A DNA stretch of 61,341 bases, filler included, from Sphacelaria rigidula (GCA_964200075.2; 9 parts of 9 records of this genome joined end to end with filler, not necessarily neighbours in it); one strand, 5' to 3'. Shown: positions 25,781-37,800, numbered from the whole stretch's first letter. Translations and numbers: made by a program. Notes: generated by a model from the letters alone, not told the origin.

Positions 25781-26184
25781 AAAAAATGAGGTTGTACACT
25801 CAAAGGAGGTTCAAGCCCAAAACAGTGCTGTCTTCACACTTTCGGTGATGGTGCCCGATGACTATTCTGTCGACCTGATGCCCCTCGATCGCGTAGATAA
25901 TTTTTCAGCGCATTTGACTGACTCTGTGAGCCTACAGCGCTGACCAAAACCGTCGTCTTCCCTGCTTTTCGAGGTGGTGGGGGGGGGGGGGAAGATATCG
26001 GGGGAAATGAGGGCTTCGCTCAGCCCGGTAAGCCCACAGAGTCGGTAACATGCGCTGAAAAACTATCTACGCGATCGAGGGGCATCAGGCCGACAAAAAT
26101 GTCATCGGGTACCATCGCTGAAAGTGTGAAGACAGCACTGTTTTGGGCTCGAACCCCATTTTAGTGTACAACCCCATTTTTTTT
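25781..26184. mobile_element. Foldback element: ~180-bp inverted arms around a G-run spacer
   Basis: GCCCAAAACAGTGCTGTCTTCACACTTTC..CCTGATGCCCCTCGATCGCGTAGATA.TTTTTCAGCGCA and its reverse complement at ~26050-26150. Confidence 0.85.
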
Positions 26185-27210
26185 AATTGTATGTTACAGT
26201 ACACAGTACAGTACGAGTATACAGCACAGTGCAGTACCGTACACTACACCAATACAAGAATACATCGTATGCGATACAACACACACATAAGATATACAAC
26301 ACGAAGTCTACAAGGACATGAAGTCTGCAGAATAATAGCACAAAAGTGCGGGACGAGTGGGCTCACTTCTCGTGCCTTCAAACTAGCGAAAATGAGGCCT
26401 CGTTTCACCGTTTGGCAGGGTCGTGGATGATGCCGCAAGATCCTTCAGGGGTTAATTTCAAGATTACACGCCGTTCTCCACACTACACGGGTCGATTGAC
26501 CCAAAATTTTGCACAGCGTCGGCCAACTATATGCAGAACGAGATGGCGCAGGTGTTGCAGACCTTTGATCAAAGGGACTCGGATGCACTCGCTTCTCGGC
26601 GGGGACATGCGGGTGCCGACTGCTGTCTGTACGGTGCACATCTGCCGCTGGGGGTACCGACCTTGCCACTCACCGGATGAAATGAGGAGATTCTACTTGC
26701 TCAGATGCTTGCAAACGTAGCGCAGTTGCTCCTCGTCACTTCTTGCGATCCCTCGTTGGCTGCAACTAAAGTGTTGGCGGCTGTGGTGAGTCGCACCCAT
26801 CGGCCAAACTGTTGTCCATGCCCCGTCTACATTGTCATGTTCTAACTACAAAAATTCGCGTACACTATGCCACAGCCCAAAATATATTTAATTATTTCAT
26901 CTGAGTCAGGAGGGCACAAAAATAATAGTCCTGGACCCACACTCCAATTGTTTTATTTTCGACCTCCTGAGGGGGGGGGGGGGGGGGGGGTACCCCATTT
27001 TGGATGGGTAGGTACCCCGCTGATCAGATGGACAATGACGATAGTAGGTACTGTACCGTGCAGCACGTGCCTGAACGGCTTTTCCCGGCTTGTGCAGGCT
27101 TGTGTACAAGCTGTGTATACTATGGCTGCACGGCAAGTGGTAGGGGTACATCAAGCCTTGGCTGAGCAACGTCTGTAATTGCGGTGTCTGTGTCTGTGTT
27201 GTCGTCCCAT

Positions 27211-27310
27211 NNNNNNNNNNNNNNNNNNNNNNNNNNNNNNNNNNNNNNNNNNNNTTAATTAATTAANNNNNNNNNNNNNNNNNNNNNNNNNNNNNNNNNN
27301 NNNNNNNNNN
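27211..27310. other. Artificial contig linker
   Basis: N44-TTAATTAATTAA-N44. Confidence 0.99.
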
Positions 27311-27375
27311 TACTTTGTTTACTCACGTTCTCGCGCTTCCCACGGTGGAAATCATACATTACGAAGGAAAAACCC

Positions 27376-27449
27376 AATGCATCGGGAATCGAACCCCCGT
27401 TCTTTCCATCCTGATGGCGACACTCGGACCATTACACCACCGGGGTGCA
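27376..27449 (-). mobile_element. tRNA-like head (SINE 5' end or tRNA pseudogene)
   Basis: A-box TGGTGTAATGG and B-box GGTTCGATTCCC at Pol III spacing; no clean acceptor or anticodon stem. Confidence 0.5.
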
Positions 27450-27559
27450 GCGGCAATAGTAAACACTGTCTCCCCGCATTCCAGTTGAACAACTGCTGCT
27501 CGTCATTTTGGGGAGGAAATGTTGATCAATCATGCTGTATCGAACGGGTCGAAGCTCGC

Positions 27560-27664
27560 CTGTGAGTCGAAGATCTCTAGGCATCTGGATCCCAGGCCCG
27601 CCACGGCGGTTCCAGTGGTACCGCTTTCGGGGTCGTAGTGCCCACGGATCCACAAGTCGTCAGT
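27560..27664 (-). CDS. Beta-helix protein exon 5 (TDDLWIRGHYDPESGTTGTAVAGLGSRCLEIFDSQ)
   Basis: CAG acceptor, phase 0, 35 codons; probable GC donor (CAG|GCGAGC). Confidence 0.65.
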
Positions 27665-28417
27665 CTGGATCACGACGATACAATCAACAGAGCGGAAACG
27701 GTCTCGTTCACATCCCACGGGAGATGATGATGATGATGATGGATCTGCAGAGCCAGTTCTTGAAAAGGTACATACGACTGGGAGAAAATGGAATGGAAAC
27801 TTTATTCACTTCAGCGAATCCCGAGCGGGCGGTAGTCGTCTCGGCGCGTGTGTGTTTTTCGTGAGCGCGGCGTGCGTTGCGAATCTCGAGGACTTGCGGT
27901 GGACATCCCTACCCGGAGCACATGATAAGCACTCATGCCTTTTCAACGAACAGACAATAGAGAGTTTAGAAAAACGCTTTTTTTGTCATTTAAGCCGTGT
28001 CTTTAGCACATCAGTTTTCGATCGAAAACGTGCGGTGGAGAACAAAAATCCTAATCCGATAGGTTGTAATTTCAACCATCGTCGAAAAATGCGAAGATGG
28101 TTGAAATCACACGGCCCATCACACCGGGATCTTTGTTTTTCACGACACAATTTTGATCGAAAACTAATGTGCTAAGGCACGGCCTTTGGAGATCAAATAT
28201 CTCAGGATCAGAGTGCAGATTAAAAAGACAAAACACCTCATCGAAAAGAAGTCAAGGGTATAGCACATTTGACGGAGGAAGACACAATTTTTTGTTACAC
28301 TCTGATCCTTGGATATCTGCACTCTGAAATGACAAAAAAAAAAAGAGTTTTCCGAAACTCTCTAATGCTCGATATTCCTACAAACGCCAGGGGGGCGCTT
28401 TTCAACCTTCTACTCAC

Positions 28418-28529
28418 CTTCGCGTCCTCGACGCCGTCGAAAACTACCATGGCAGGGATGTCCGTGTTTCCGGCGGCGCCCTCCTCCAGTATGATCCCCG
28501 TGTAGTACGGGGAGTCGTCGATGGAGTAC
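28418..28529 (-). CDS. Beta-helix protein exon 4 (YSIDDSPYYTGIILEEGAAGNTDIPAMVVFDGVEDAK)
   Basis: TCCAG acceptor in phase 2 completes AG|G (Arg) from the upstream exon; AAG|GTGAGT donor. Confidence 0.85.
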
Positions 28530-28996
28530 CTGGATTGAGGGGAGGAGGAGGAGGGGTGAGGAAGGGGACGACGTGGGACGACAGCGTCATGGGTGTTGGG
28601 GCAAGGTCGCGGGGGGTTAATACTGGAACGAGTGATGAGAGGGTGGAAGTCGACACAGATATACAGAACACGAAACATGATCTATCTAATGGAGTAGCTC
28701 GTGCCACCGTACGTTGGTGCTTGAGCGGGATCGTTTAGCTTGTCGCTCGCTCGCCTCCCGTCCCCCTCTCCCCTCCCCCTTCCCGCGATTCCCTGATTCT
28801 TGGTTGAAATAAGAAAAAGCAAGGCTCTATGCGACTTTCTCCACCTGGTTGCACCCCTGGAAGTAAAATCCATTCCTCTCGTGTATGCTGCACCTAGGCC
28901 CGAAGCTGAAACACCGCAAGTGTTTCACAAAAGTATCGCACACATGTGGTCTTGGTTTTCACTTTCTTGCTCTATTGTTACTACGTATTTCTGTTT

Positions 28997-29025
28997 TCGT
29001 CGGCGTCGTCGTCATCGTCGTCGTA

Positions 29026-29122
<97 letters not shown>
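28997..29122. repeat. Compound microsatellite (CGT)n(TGT)n, intronic
   Basis: Direct reading. Confidence 0.95.
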
Positions 29123-29123
<1 letters not shown>

Positions 29124-29480
29124 CATTATTATTCATTCCATTCCATCGTGGCCGGCCGTTCGTGTCCCTATTCCCGAATTCCTTCCTTTCCCTTTTATTT
29201 TGTTTTCGTTTTATTTTAGATTTTTTCTCTCTTGTTTTTGCTTAGGTTGCTCCGCTCGTTCCACACCCCTTCTTCTTTTTATTTTGTCTTCTCCCTTTGT
29301 CGAGTTTCCGCCGGCGAATGGTTCCGTTTTGTTCACCACGGGTACATTTTTAGCTTGTGACGACCGCTAGATCCGTCCCTCGGTGAACAGTTTTTAACGT
29401 GAGACAGTCAACTAATCACCGTTCAATAAAACAAAATGCCGTTACTCGCATAAGGATGTGGCATGTGCAAAACTCGTAGA

Positions 29481-29537
29481 ACCGTGACAATAACCGTGAC
29501 AATAACCGTGACAATAACCGTGACAATAACCGTGACA
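29481..29537. repeat. 12-bp tandem repeat ACCGTGACAATA x4.75
   Basis: Direct reading. Confidence 0.95.
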
Positions 29538-29599
29538 TGAAGATATCTTTGCGATGTCCTTGATCGAAGTATAGCAAAACGACCTTTTCTTCATTTCAC

Positions 29600-29727
29600 C
29601 TGCCGTCGAGGAAGACTCCCGACTTCATGAAAATGTTCCCATCGATGTAGTAGTTGCCCATCGACAGATGCACTGTTCCCGTGGCAGTTGGTTCTCCGCC
29701 CACGCAATCCACTCCATCGAAGGTGGC
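29600..29727 (-). CDS. Beta-helix protein exon 3 (ATFDGVDCVGGEPTATGTVHLSMGNYYIDGNIFMKSGVFLDGR)
   Basis: GTVxLxxGxYxIxxxIxMKSGVxLxG is the N-terminal signature of pectate-lyase-3-like/GH28-type beta-helices; CAG acceptor phase 0, GTGAAA donor phase 2; absent from the ORF track. Confidence 0.85.
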
Positions 29728-31607
29728 CTGATCATTCACGGTGTTCCGTCACATGCAACATTCCCATTACACAACGTCAAGAATTTTTCTCGCGACGGTG
29801 TTTGCTTGAGCGACCACCGGCCTGCACGGCACTCAGAGGAGTCAGATCCCTCATGTTACTAAAACCAAAGTCCACAAAACCCTTCTCTCCAGCGGTATAT
29901 ATGCTTCTAGAATATGAAGCTAAGATCTTCGCCGGAACAGGGCTACACGCTGGGTACTGACCAGCGGTCGTCACGGAATCCTTGTCCATTGTTATGCAAA
30001 TCTGGTGGTGCAAAAATGAAAACGTTATCGACTTCAGGCTGTCTCGCGTTAACCAATGCCGCCGCAAACACCAGGCGACTAACTTCCGGCGCGTTTTCTC
30101 TGTGGAGCGAGAAAAAACAGGCGTGTGCGTGTGTGTGTGCGTGCAAGTGCGTGGGACAAGAAGCGTAGGTTTCAACGTGCTACTCTTGACTGCAAACATC
30201 AATGTATCGATTCATCTTGCTCGTTTTGCGCAACAAGCACCGATAACCCTAAAGTTTCAACCATTTCCTCACCATTGCTATGTAGGGGGGCGCGCGTATT
30301 ATGGTCTTGATCCTTTCAGGCCTGAGGTCTTTTCTATCACAAAAACGAGGTCTGCTAGAGGATTAGTCCGATTGTGTACGCAACCTTGTAAACAAAAGGA
30401 ACAAACACATGCTGATCAAAACGTCTGCATGCTTAGGGACCCTGTTACTTACATCCAAAACGCGATGAGCATGAATTGGCAAGCTAACGACAATCTTAAT
30501 GTTTTCTGATCGTTGGCATGCCTTCGGAAAATGACCTGCTTCGAGCGTGCTGATCCTCAATTATAGGTAAATCGTCTCCACAAATGGTTTGAATAATCTC
30601 GTTTCCGAGAGAACTCGGGCATGAAGCTGTGAAAATACGTAATGGCTCATGTTGCATCGAAGCTCAACGAAAACGCGAAATTATCCTTACGGTGGACAAA
30701 AGCTGCATGTAGGACGACTGGACATAATGCATGTTGTGTTACTGTAAAATGACATCTGTACGCTGTAGTACTCGTTCTCATCAAACCCGTTACCTGGGTA
30801 AAATTTCTGCATGAATGTCCAATACCTGGACTTCGATAGGGGCAAGCATCGACAACTATACACCAGGTAGGTCTTTGACGACTTGTATCTGCGTGTGTGG
30901 TCTAAAACGGCTGTAGTTAATAAAGTATAAGTGTGGAGGTCGGGAGACCCCCGGTGACGGTAGGAACCGGCTTGGTGTTATGTAGTCAAGGAATGACCGG
31001 AAGTCGTGGGGTGCAGGCAAGTGGATCCCTCGGGAGAGCACGACGAGCGCAAGCGAGTTAGCCCGAAGAAAAAGTAATCCCCAGGGATAGCCAGCAGTTC
31101 GCTGGAAAGATCCCTGTTACCTTGGGGTCCCGAATCCGACTGTACAGATATGGGAGTTTCGGGGCTCCCGGGAACTACCCTTGTAACAGCCGTTCACTAG
31201 GTCACACGTCATAAAAGGGAATCTCTCCACACATGCCAAAATGGCGATCTCCACAGAAGCGTTGGTTGGGGCTATTGGGGTATTTCTCTGGTGTTATTGG
31301 GCGCCTTGTGTGTGTGTCTGTGTGTCTGTGCGAGTTTGGCCTTATCCTGTGACTTGTGTATCTCTTGACGTTACATTATTAATCCAGCAAAACAACGGAC
31401 GGTCAAAATTCCCCACACATAAAAGCAAGAAGGCCATCGGTTGATCCCTTTGTCGGCTAGGCAATAGGGTGAACATACTGCCTGCAGACGTATTGAGCAT
31501 CGATCCATGAAACCTGAAAGACCCGCAGTGGACATGCATGAGATACATATTGACATGTTTGCTCTCAAAATGTCATGAAGTGCACCATTCAACATTGCAG
31601 CGGTCAC

Positions 31608-31718
31608 CTGTTTGACCGCGCATATGGCGCCCATGATGGCCTTCTGGTCACCAGACCCCTCTCCAACGTGCTCCGGGTACTGTGACGTTTCCCAGCCGTC
31701 GATGAACGTCGATCCCAC
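31608..31718 (-). CDS. Beta-helix protein exon 2 (VGSTFIDGWETSQYPEHVGEGSGDQKAIMGAICAVKQ)
   Basis: Phase 0/0 exon; GDQKAIMGAI corresponds to the D-x-x-A-I-x-x-A-I capping helix. Confidence 0.8.
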
Positions 31719-32089
31719 CTTTAGAAGGAAACATACACGGGAGAGGTGAGGACAATCTTTGCATGTACTGTAGCGTATGGAGCATATGAGGGGCGTAGAA
31801 CACGCTCCTCAGACGTTGTCGGACGTTGTTGTCAAGTATAGAAGATAAGTATAATGTAGTTGTTGTCAGTTATTGTATATTGTTTCCTAGCGCGATCTTC
31901 TGAACGTTTCGTGGTGCATCGAAATAAGGCACAACATGGCGTGTTCTAGGACAAATTGTAGACGATACCGTCTTTTTTCATACGTATTGCATGAGGTGTG
32001 AGGCGGAGCGATATCAAGCACCACCGCGGGAAAAAATATGTCGCAAACTATGAGAAGTATATCCAGAAGAGCTATCAAGAATAAAAACT

Positions 32090-32122
<33 letters not shown>

Positions 32123-32221
32123 GATGATGTTGTTGTTGATGTTGATGATGATGATGATGATGATTATGATGAGGGTGATGATGATGACGATGATGACGAT
32201 GATGGTGATGGTGATGGTGAA

Positions 32222-32253
<32 letters not shown>

Positions 32254-32522
32254 CGATAGTGACATCGCCCCCGCTGCTGCTGCTGCTGCTGCTGCTGTTG
32301 CCTTGGGGAGCAATGTGTGTCGGGGAGTCGCACTTCGCTATCAAAGCCATGTGCCTACATTCTTCATAAAGTCATACCATGATGATGATGATGATGATGA
32401 TGACGATAGTGACATCGCCCCCGCTGCTGCTGCTACTGCTGCTGCTGTTGCCTTGGGGAGCAATGTCTGTCGTGGGGAGTCGCACTTCGCTACCAAAGTC
32501 ATGTGCCTACATTCTTCATAAA
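32090..32522. repeat. (TTG)n/(ATG)n microsatellites plus a ~150-bp tandem duplication
   Basis: (GAT)n-GACGATAGTGACATCGCCCCC-(GCT)n-GTTGCCTTGGGGAGCAATG...CCTACATTCTTCATAAAGT occurs twice (~32222-32372 and ~32378-32524). Confidence 0.9.
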
Positions 32523-32584
32523 GTTGCACCCCTATGTCCTTAATCAAAATCATGCCCCCATCGTGACGTCACGCTAAAACACGC

Positions 32585-32750
32585 CGGACTCGCCGAACAC
32601 GTCGGGGCGCTTCGCTCTTGGTGATTGAGTACGAGACTGTTCCGACGAAAACTCATCTTGCTCCACCCTGGCTTTGTAGGAATGCAAGGCCAATGGTCTC
32701 TTAGGAATACGGCATGCAAAATCATGAGTACTCCCCCTCCCCACCCCCCT
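32585..32750 (+). mobile_element. Family A copy (intronic) ending at a C-tract
   Basis: GACTCGCCGAACAC...GGCTTTGTAGGAATGCAAGG...ATCATGAGTACTCCCCC. Confidence 0.75.
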
Positions 32751-32795
32751 GGCAAAACGCCAAAACAGAAGCCAAAAATACGCGAGCATACTCAC

Positions 32796-32950
32796 CCAGT
32801 ATTCGTCGCTTGGGTTGTCGACGGGAGTGCCCAGTATTCTGGCGTCCAGCATCTTGAAACCGCCGCCCCCGCCCTCAGTACCCAACATTAAAATGGACAC
32901 GAGGTCTACATAAGCATCCGCGGGGGTATCGAATGTCCACGTCTGGTAGT
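32796..32950 (-). CDS. Beta-helix gene exon 1 of those seen (DYQTWTFDTPADAYVDLVSILMLGTEGGGGGFKMLDARILGTPVDNPSDEYW); likely end of a galactose-binding-like/CBM domain
   Basis: CAG acceptor phase 1, TGG|GTGAGT donor phase 0, joins the next exon in frame. Confidence 0.75.
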
Positions 32951-33834
32951 CTGCCGATTGTGAATCGCTTTGGCCCTGAAACGATGACGTCGTGGTATGA
33001 GCGGGAGGGCGGAAAGGTCCCATGGATGAAGGATATGTTCGATACATACTCGAGAGTATGACAGAGTGGTATTCTGCGGAGCGGAGGTTGACATCAGAGT
33101 TGTGTGCAGCATCCTTTTTACATGTACGCCAACGAAACAAGATTATTTTGGACACGTGAAGATCTTTCCGACGCAACGTGTACCGAGGTTTTTCCAAATC
33201 GCACGCCAAGCACGCACGCATCATAGCGAACTGGACAGTTGTCTTCCGGAGAAATGCAAAAGCCGCATTCCAAGGGTGCAACAGAGAAACATGTGTGCAT
33301 AACCGGTTGAATCGAAGACATACACGACTTCCTCAGCAGCTACGGTACGGGTTTCAAGTCATAACAGGAAGCGGTGGTTCAATCGAGACGGACCTCATAT
33401 CAAAACGACTTTTCCTCACAACACATTTTCGCATCAGGATGAATATTGGTAGCCCCGTACCTTATTGAAGCAACGTGTATATAAGGAATCCGACACAAAG
33501 TTCGTGTTCACAAGGGCAGATGAAAAAGCGTACATATTTGCGGTGTCTATGAGCAGAGCTGCAATGTTTCCGTCGTATGTTTTGCTTTCCCGCTCCTGAC
33601 CCAGACCGGTATCGCGGCAAAACGTAGCCCCGTCCCCCCCACCCTCCTCTCCATTTCAGGGTTGGCGTCAGTTGGTAACAACGCGGTAGAACACATCACT
33701 CACTGCGTAAGCTAGGCAACCGGGTTATCGAACTTTGTCCCGCTTGCGTTTCTTGCGGTAACCATGCGGGTGGTGAATCTTTACCATATGGTGCAGAGTG
33801 GACACTTTCTACGATGCCCCCCCCCCCCTTTCTG

Positions 33835-33860
33835 ACTAAGGCAAGCAACAAATGAGTACG
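33835..33860 (+). mobile_element. 26-bp LINE 3' tail flanked by a duplicated C11-12-TTTCTG target
   Basis: GC12TTTCTG (33816-33834) - ACTAAGGCAAGCAACAAATGAGTAC - GC11TTTCTG (33860-33877). Confidence 0.85.
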
Positions 33861-33877
33861 CCCCCCCCCCCTTTCTG

Positions 33878-34037
33878 GTGACGCACCCATGAGGCAGTGT
33901 ATAAGCCGTGGCTGTCTCTGGAAGTGGCGATACCAGAAAATAAAGAAACTCATTGTAGACTGTCATTCAAATGCAAGATACTCGGTAGGCTTCGGACCGA
34001 ACAGTCTTAGCAGGATGCAGCTCACCCTTCATGCGAC
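33878..34037 (+). mobile_element. Family A 5' half, cut by contig end
   Basis: GTGACGCACCCATGAGGCAGTGT...GCAGCTCACCCTTCATGCGAC. Confidence 0.85.
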
Positions 34038-34137
34038 NNNNNNNNNNNNNNNNNNNNNNNNNNNNNNNNNNNNNNNNNNNNTTAATTAATTAANNNNNNN
34101 NNNNNNNNNNNNNNNNNNNNNNNNNNNNNNNNNNNNN
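34038..34137. other. Artificial contig linker
   Basis: N44-TTAATTAATTAA-N44. Confidence 0.99.
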
Positions 34138-34416
34138 GAGGTTCGGGCGGAGGTCACAATGTTCTCGATGGAACATTACTCTCGTGGCTGTCGATCCCCA
34201 ATATATATTTCATGTACTCTCTATCATAGCTCAGTTGGGCAAGACATGCCAGAGGTTCCTAATCTACAAGCCCCAGGGCACCCTTGAAGATAAGATTTGC
34301 GCACACGCTGTGCAACTATCTTACAGACTTTGTTCTCATGGTACATGCAAGACCACCCATCCCCAAACCCGATATCCGGACAGCCACCAGCACAAAATCC
34401 ACACACATCATGAATC

Positions 34417-34665
34417 GAGTCATCCTACGATAGGGGGGGGGTATTTGGTTGCACGAAAAAAGAGGCTTATAAGTGTGTCAGACGACCTACCACACTCGCG
34501 GTGCGCTTGTATTTGGTTCGAAACGATGTTAATCGGCATGAATGAGCGTCACGTATCTACAACAAGCTTATCTGAGCAACCGTTGCTGCTTTTAACGACG
34601 ATTTGACCTGGAATTTCGTGCAAAAAATGGCCCAAAATACCCCCCTCCCTATCGTAGGGTGGCTC
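34417..34665. mobile_element. Sola-like MITE family J
   Basis: GAGTCATCCTACGATAGGG...CCCTATCGTAGGGTGGCTC; perfect 4-bp TSD AATC. Confidence 0.85.
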
Positions 34666-34832
34666 AATCAAACGCGCGTATTCCATACAAACTGTGTGGT
34701 TTGCCTCGTTTCGCGTAGGCTTTGCGCCGATATGCTAAATATACGAACACTCCTAACCGCCTGACCTGAACAAAAGTCAATTCTCCCAGCGCTTGCACGA
34801 CCAAAATACGACGTGGTGGTGTGTCAAGACCA

Positions 34833-37800
34833 CTACGCAAAGCGCCATACTTTCGAAACCTCTCTATCATCTATAGGAAAGGTAGTCCCCGACACCCCCA
34901 GCCCTAGGTCTTTCAGCGATCCGAATTCTTGGCCCTCCGTGTAAACATATTTCACTTTTTCGACGTCTTTGAGATCACTGAGCTGGGAAGGGGTATCTGT
35001 GGCCTTCATAACGCCGGGTACGAACACGTAGGCCCACGACCACAGGTGTCTGAAATCTTCGGGAAGGACTTGCTTTGCCTCATTTGCGATTCGCCTTTTG
35101 TCGAAGTAACGACCGCCAGTGTTGGAGAGCTTCTTCGTGAGCCAATTCTTGATGGGACCTTCATTTTCGGTTACCTTCTTCGTCTCGATACCTTTCTTGC
35201 ATTCCCGTAGTGCCTTTTCGATTGCAGGGCTGTATATACAGCATTCACGGCAGGCGCGTGTGGGGGGCGCATGGATTTGTGATCATATTACGAACATTGT
35301 GTTGCACATTCCAAATAAAGTCGTCAGCAGTACGTCTTGGGCGTATGCTTCGGCTATGACGGTCAATTATGACGTTTGTGTTAGTTGTAGCTGGGTGATT
35401 GATGCGAAGTGTGTATCTACGCATCTAATATAAACGCACATTGCTTTCTGTGAGTCGTCGTCCTGGTCGTACACCTGCACAGGCGCGAGGGATGTCTGGT
35501 ATCCGCCCGAGCTGCGTGGTTCTGTCGGAGTGCCGTGGGGTTCCTCCTCCTCAATGGCCTCGTCGTCTCCGCCCTCATCTCCGCCGTCGTCGTGGAGGTT
35601 CATCTGATTGGCCCTGGTGGACGTGAAAAAAATACGGGGAATACCGGATGAATATGATGTGCATGCATAGCCGACTTCTCGCGGGTCGAGCTGTTCGCAT
35701 TTCGGTTGGACCAGCATATAAATGGTAGCTTAGCAGTGTGATGTAATGACAAAGCCGATCGCACGACCACGGTCGCCATCACCTCCTGATAGAGTCGTCG
35801 GCCGGTGTCGCACGGTGCTTGGAGTTGACCGTCCCACTGTTGTAGGAAATCGTGGCATGTGCAGTTTTACGCTTAGTCCCGCCTTGTGCTTCCCCATTCC
35901 TGAATCGTGGTAAAACAGTCAACGTCGCGATCGGTTGTGGCATGTTAGGGTGGGGGAAGGGTGGGGGGTGGGGGGTGGAGATGTGTTGAAATCGATAACC
36001 CGAAGAGCAATTGAAAGTTTTATTATTGTCATTCACTGTCCTGAACTTGCAGGTAATGTCGGTATCTATTGAATTTCTTGAATTCACGCGGTAATCAGGA
36101 TATCAGGCATCATTTCGCATAATATAGCAGCATGTGCAAGTTCCTAAAGTTAAGAACTCTTCTTTTGGTGTAGAAGGTGCACCCCTACCATGTCGGCATT
36201 GCGACCGTGCGCACCTGCTCGTTACGACCTTCGACACAAGATCAGCCCGCTGGTTGCCGTCGCCACCCGAGTGTGTGTTACTGTTGTCTGCCGCCAGTTG
36301 CGCAGGGCCGCCTACAGCGCCGACGGGAAGTCCTTCGGGGTCGTCGTCGTCGTCGCGTACTGATAAGAGGACCGTGATCGGGTTCCGTCCTGGGACAGGT
36401 TACCCGTTCCCCCCTAGTAGTCCTAGCGAATTCAATGCATCCAAGGGGACGTGAATGGATACGGGGTCTTGAATGGTAGTCGCGGTACCCATGCGGTCCG
36501 TCCGTCTCAACCAGACGTTGTCCTTTCTAGTGTACGTGTCTGACGCCCCCGTATCTGTACGCTGGGCGTCTTGTTGCACAAGTCCACCTGTTCTGCGTCG
36601 TCCTGGGCCGAGAGTGTCTCGTCCCCTCCCATCGTTGATCCAGTCTCGTCTTCCGCGGTTGTTGATGGTATTGGTCCACGCGCCTGTGACACAAGTGCCT
36701 CAACGGCTGCCAGTCTGGCCTTCACGGCTGCCAGTCTGGCCCCTGTGAAGAACGGCTTGCCGTCGCAGGACAAGGCGTCGGTGTTTTGTTTCGTGCCCTG
36801 GAATAAGAAACCGTTCACATCCAGTGCGGATAATATTTTCTTGAACTTCTCCAGTGCCGTCCTCTCTTCATTGTCGTCACTCGTCATTCCCGCGACAAAT
36901 CTATCGACCAACAGCATCGAGAAATCTGTCGTTAGCGTCCTTCCCTGCTTGCCGCATGATTCATCCTTCTCCTTTGGAGGGTTATCTACATGGTTCGCCC
37001 AGTCGCACCATGCCTTCGCGTCGAAATCAATTTCCACGGCCGTGATGGAGACGTAGGGTAGAAGTTTGTATCCGGGCTCAAAACACGACTTAAGTTTTGC
37101 TGGAGTTGCGGTAATCGCGGCCGTCACCTTCCCTTGTTTTCCGAAGCCCCTCCTTCTCGGCTGCCCCGGCTGTAGGCTTCATAGCCTGTTTGTTGATGGA
37201 CGTGAGTAACTCTTTGTCCTGCTTCGACAAATCTTGAGTTAGCCTGCGGAAGGAGGCGACGGCGTATCGTTCCATCTCTAGAATGACTTTCCCATTTTCG
37301 CGCATGAAATGCTCCGCGTGCTTCTCGCTAACGAGACCATCCACCCCAGAATGAACTCCTGGGATCTCCTTCCGTTCTTCTCTCGACTGAAGCGGTGCGC
37401 AGTGTTTCCTCTTCGCCAGGGACGTGGCCAGAAGGACAATAATGTCTTCCCTTGCGAGTTGAAGCGCAAAACTTCTGACGCTGTTGACGGCTCCGATCTG
37501 TTTAATTTTTTCCGTGAGCTCCGGTTTGCCCTGAATCTTTGCGGACAAGCTGAACACCTGTGCAAGACACGGTGCTATGCAAGCAGAACTTCGTTTCGTG
37601 TCCCTCTTGTGTTTAGTCTGGCCTTTCTTGGCCTTCACGTTGTGGATAGGGAATAGCCGGATCGTCGAGAGATAGTGCACAAAGGAGGTCGCGGGGGCGT
37701 CAGGGGTACGCGTGTCAACGGCATATTGTGACGAATGGAGTGTTCCCATGTATAGGGTGGTGGAGTCCAAGGTCCCTCGGCACCCCCCATCACATCCGCA

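Noticed and set aside
27376..27449. Functional tRNA genes here, at 54945-55015 and at ~20705-20790
   Set aside because: A/B boxes are present but no complete cloverleaf could be folded; the 54945 copy continues into a dispersed SINE body.
28800..29370. Poly-Arg/Cys/Val ORFs (also poly-His/Gln/Met at 32075-32553 and MYVC repeats at 60507-60934)
   Set aside because: Translations of microsatellites; those at 28800-32553 lie in introns of the beta-helix gene.
30875..31188. Possible solo LTR (TG...TGTAACA)
   Set aside because: No TSD, no second copy and no PBS/PPT found.
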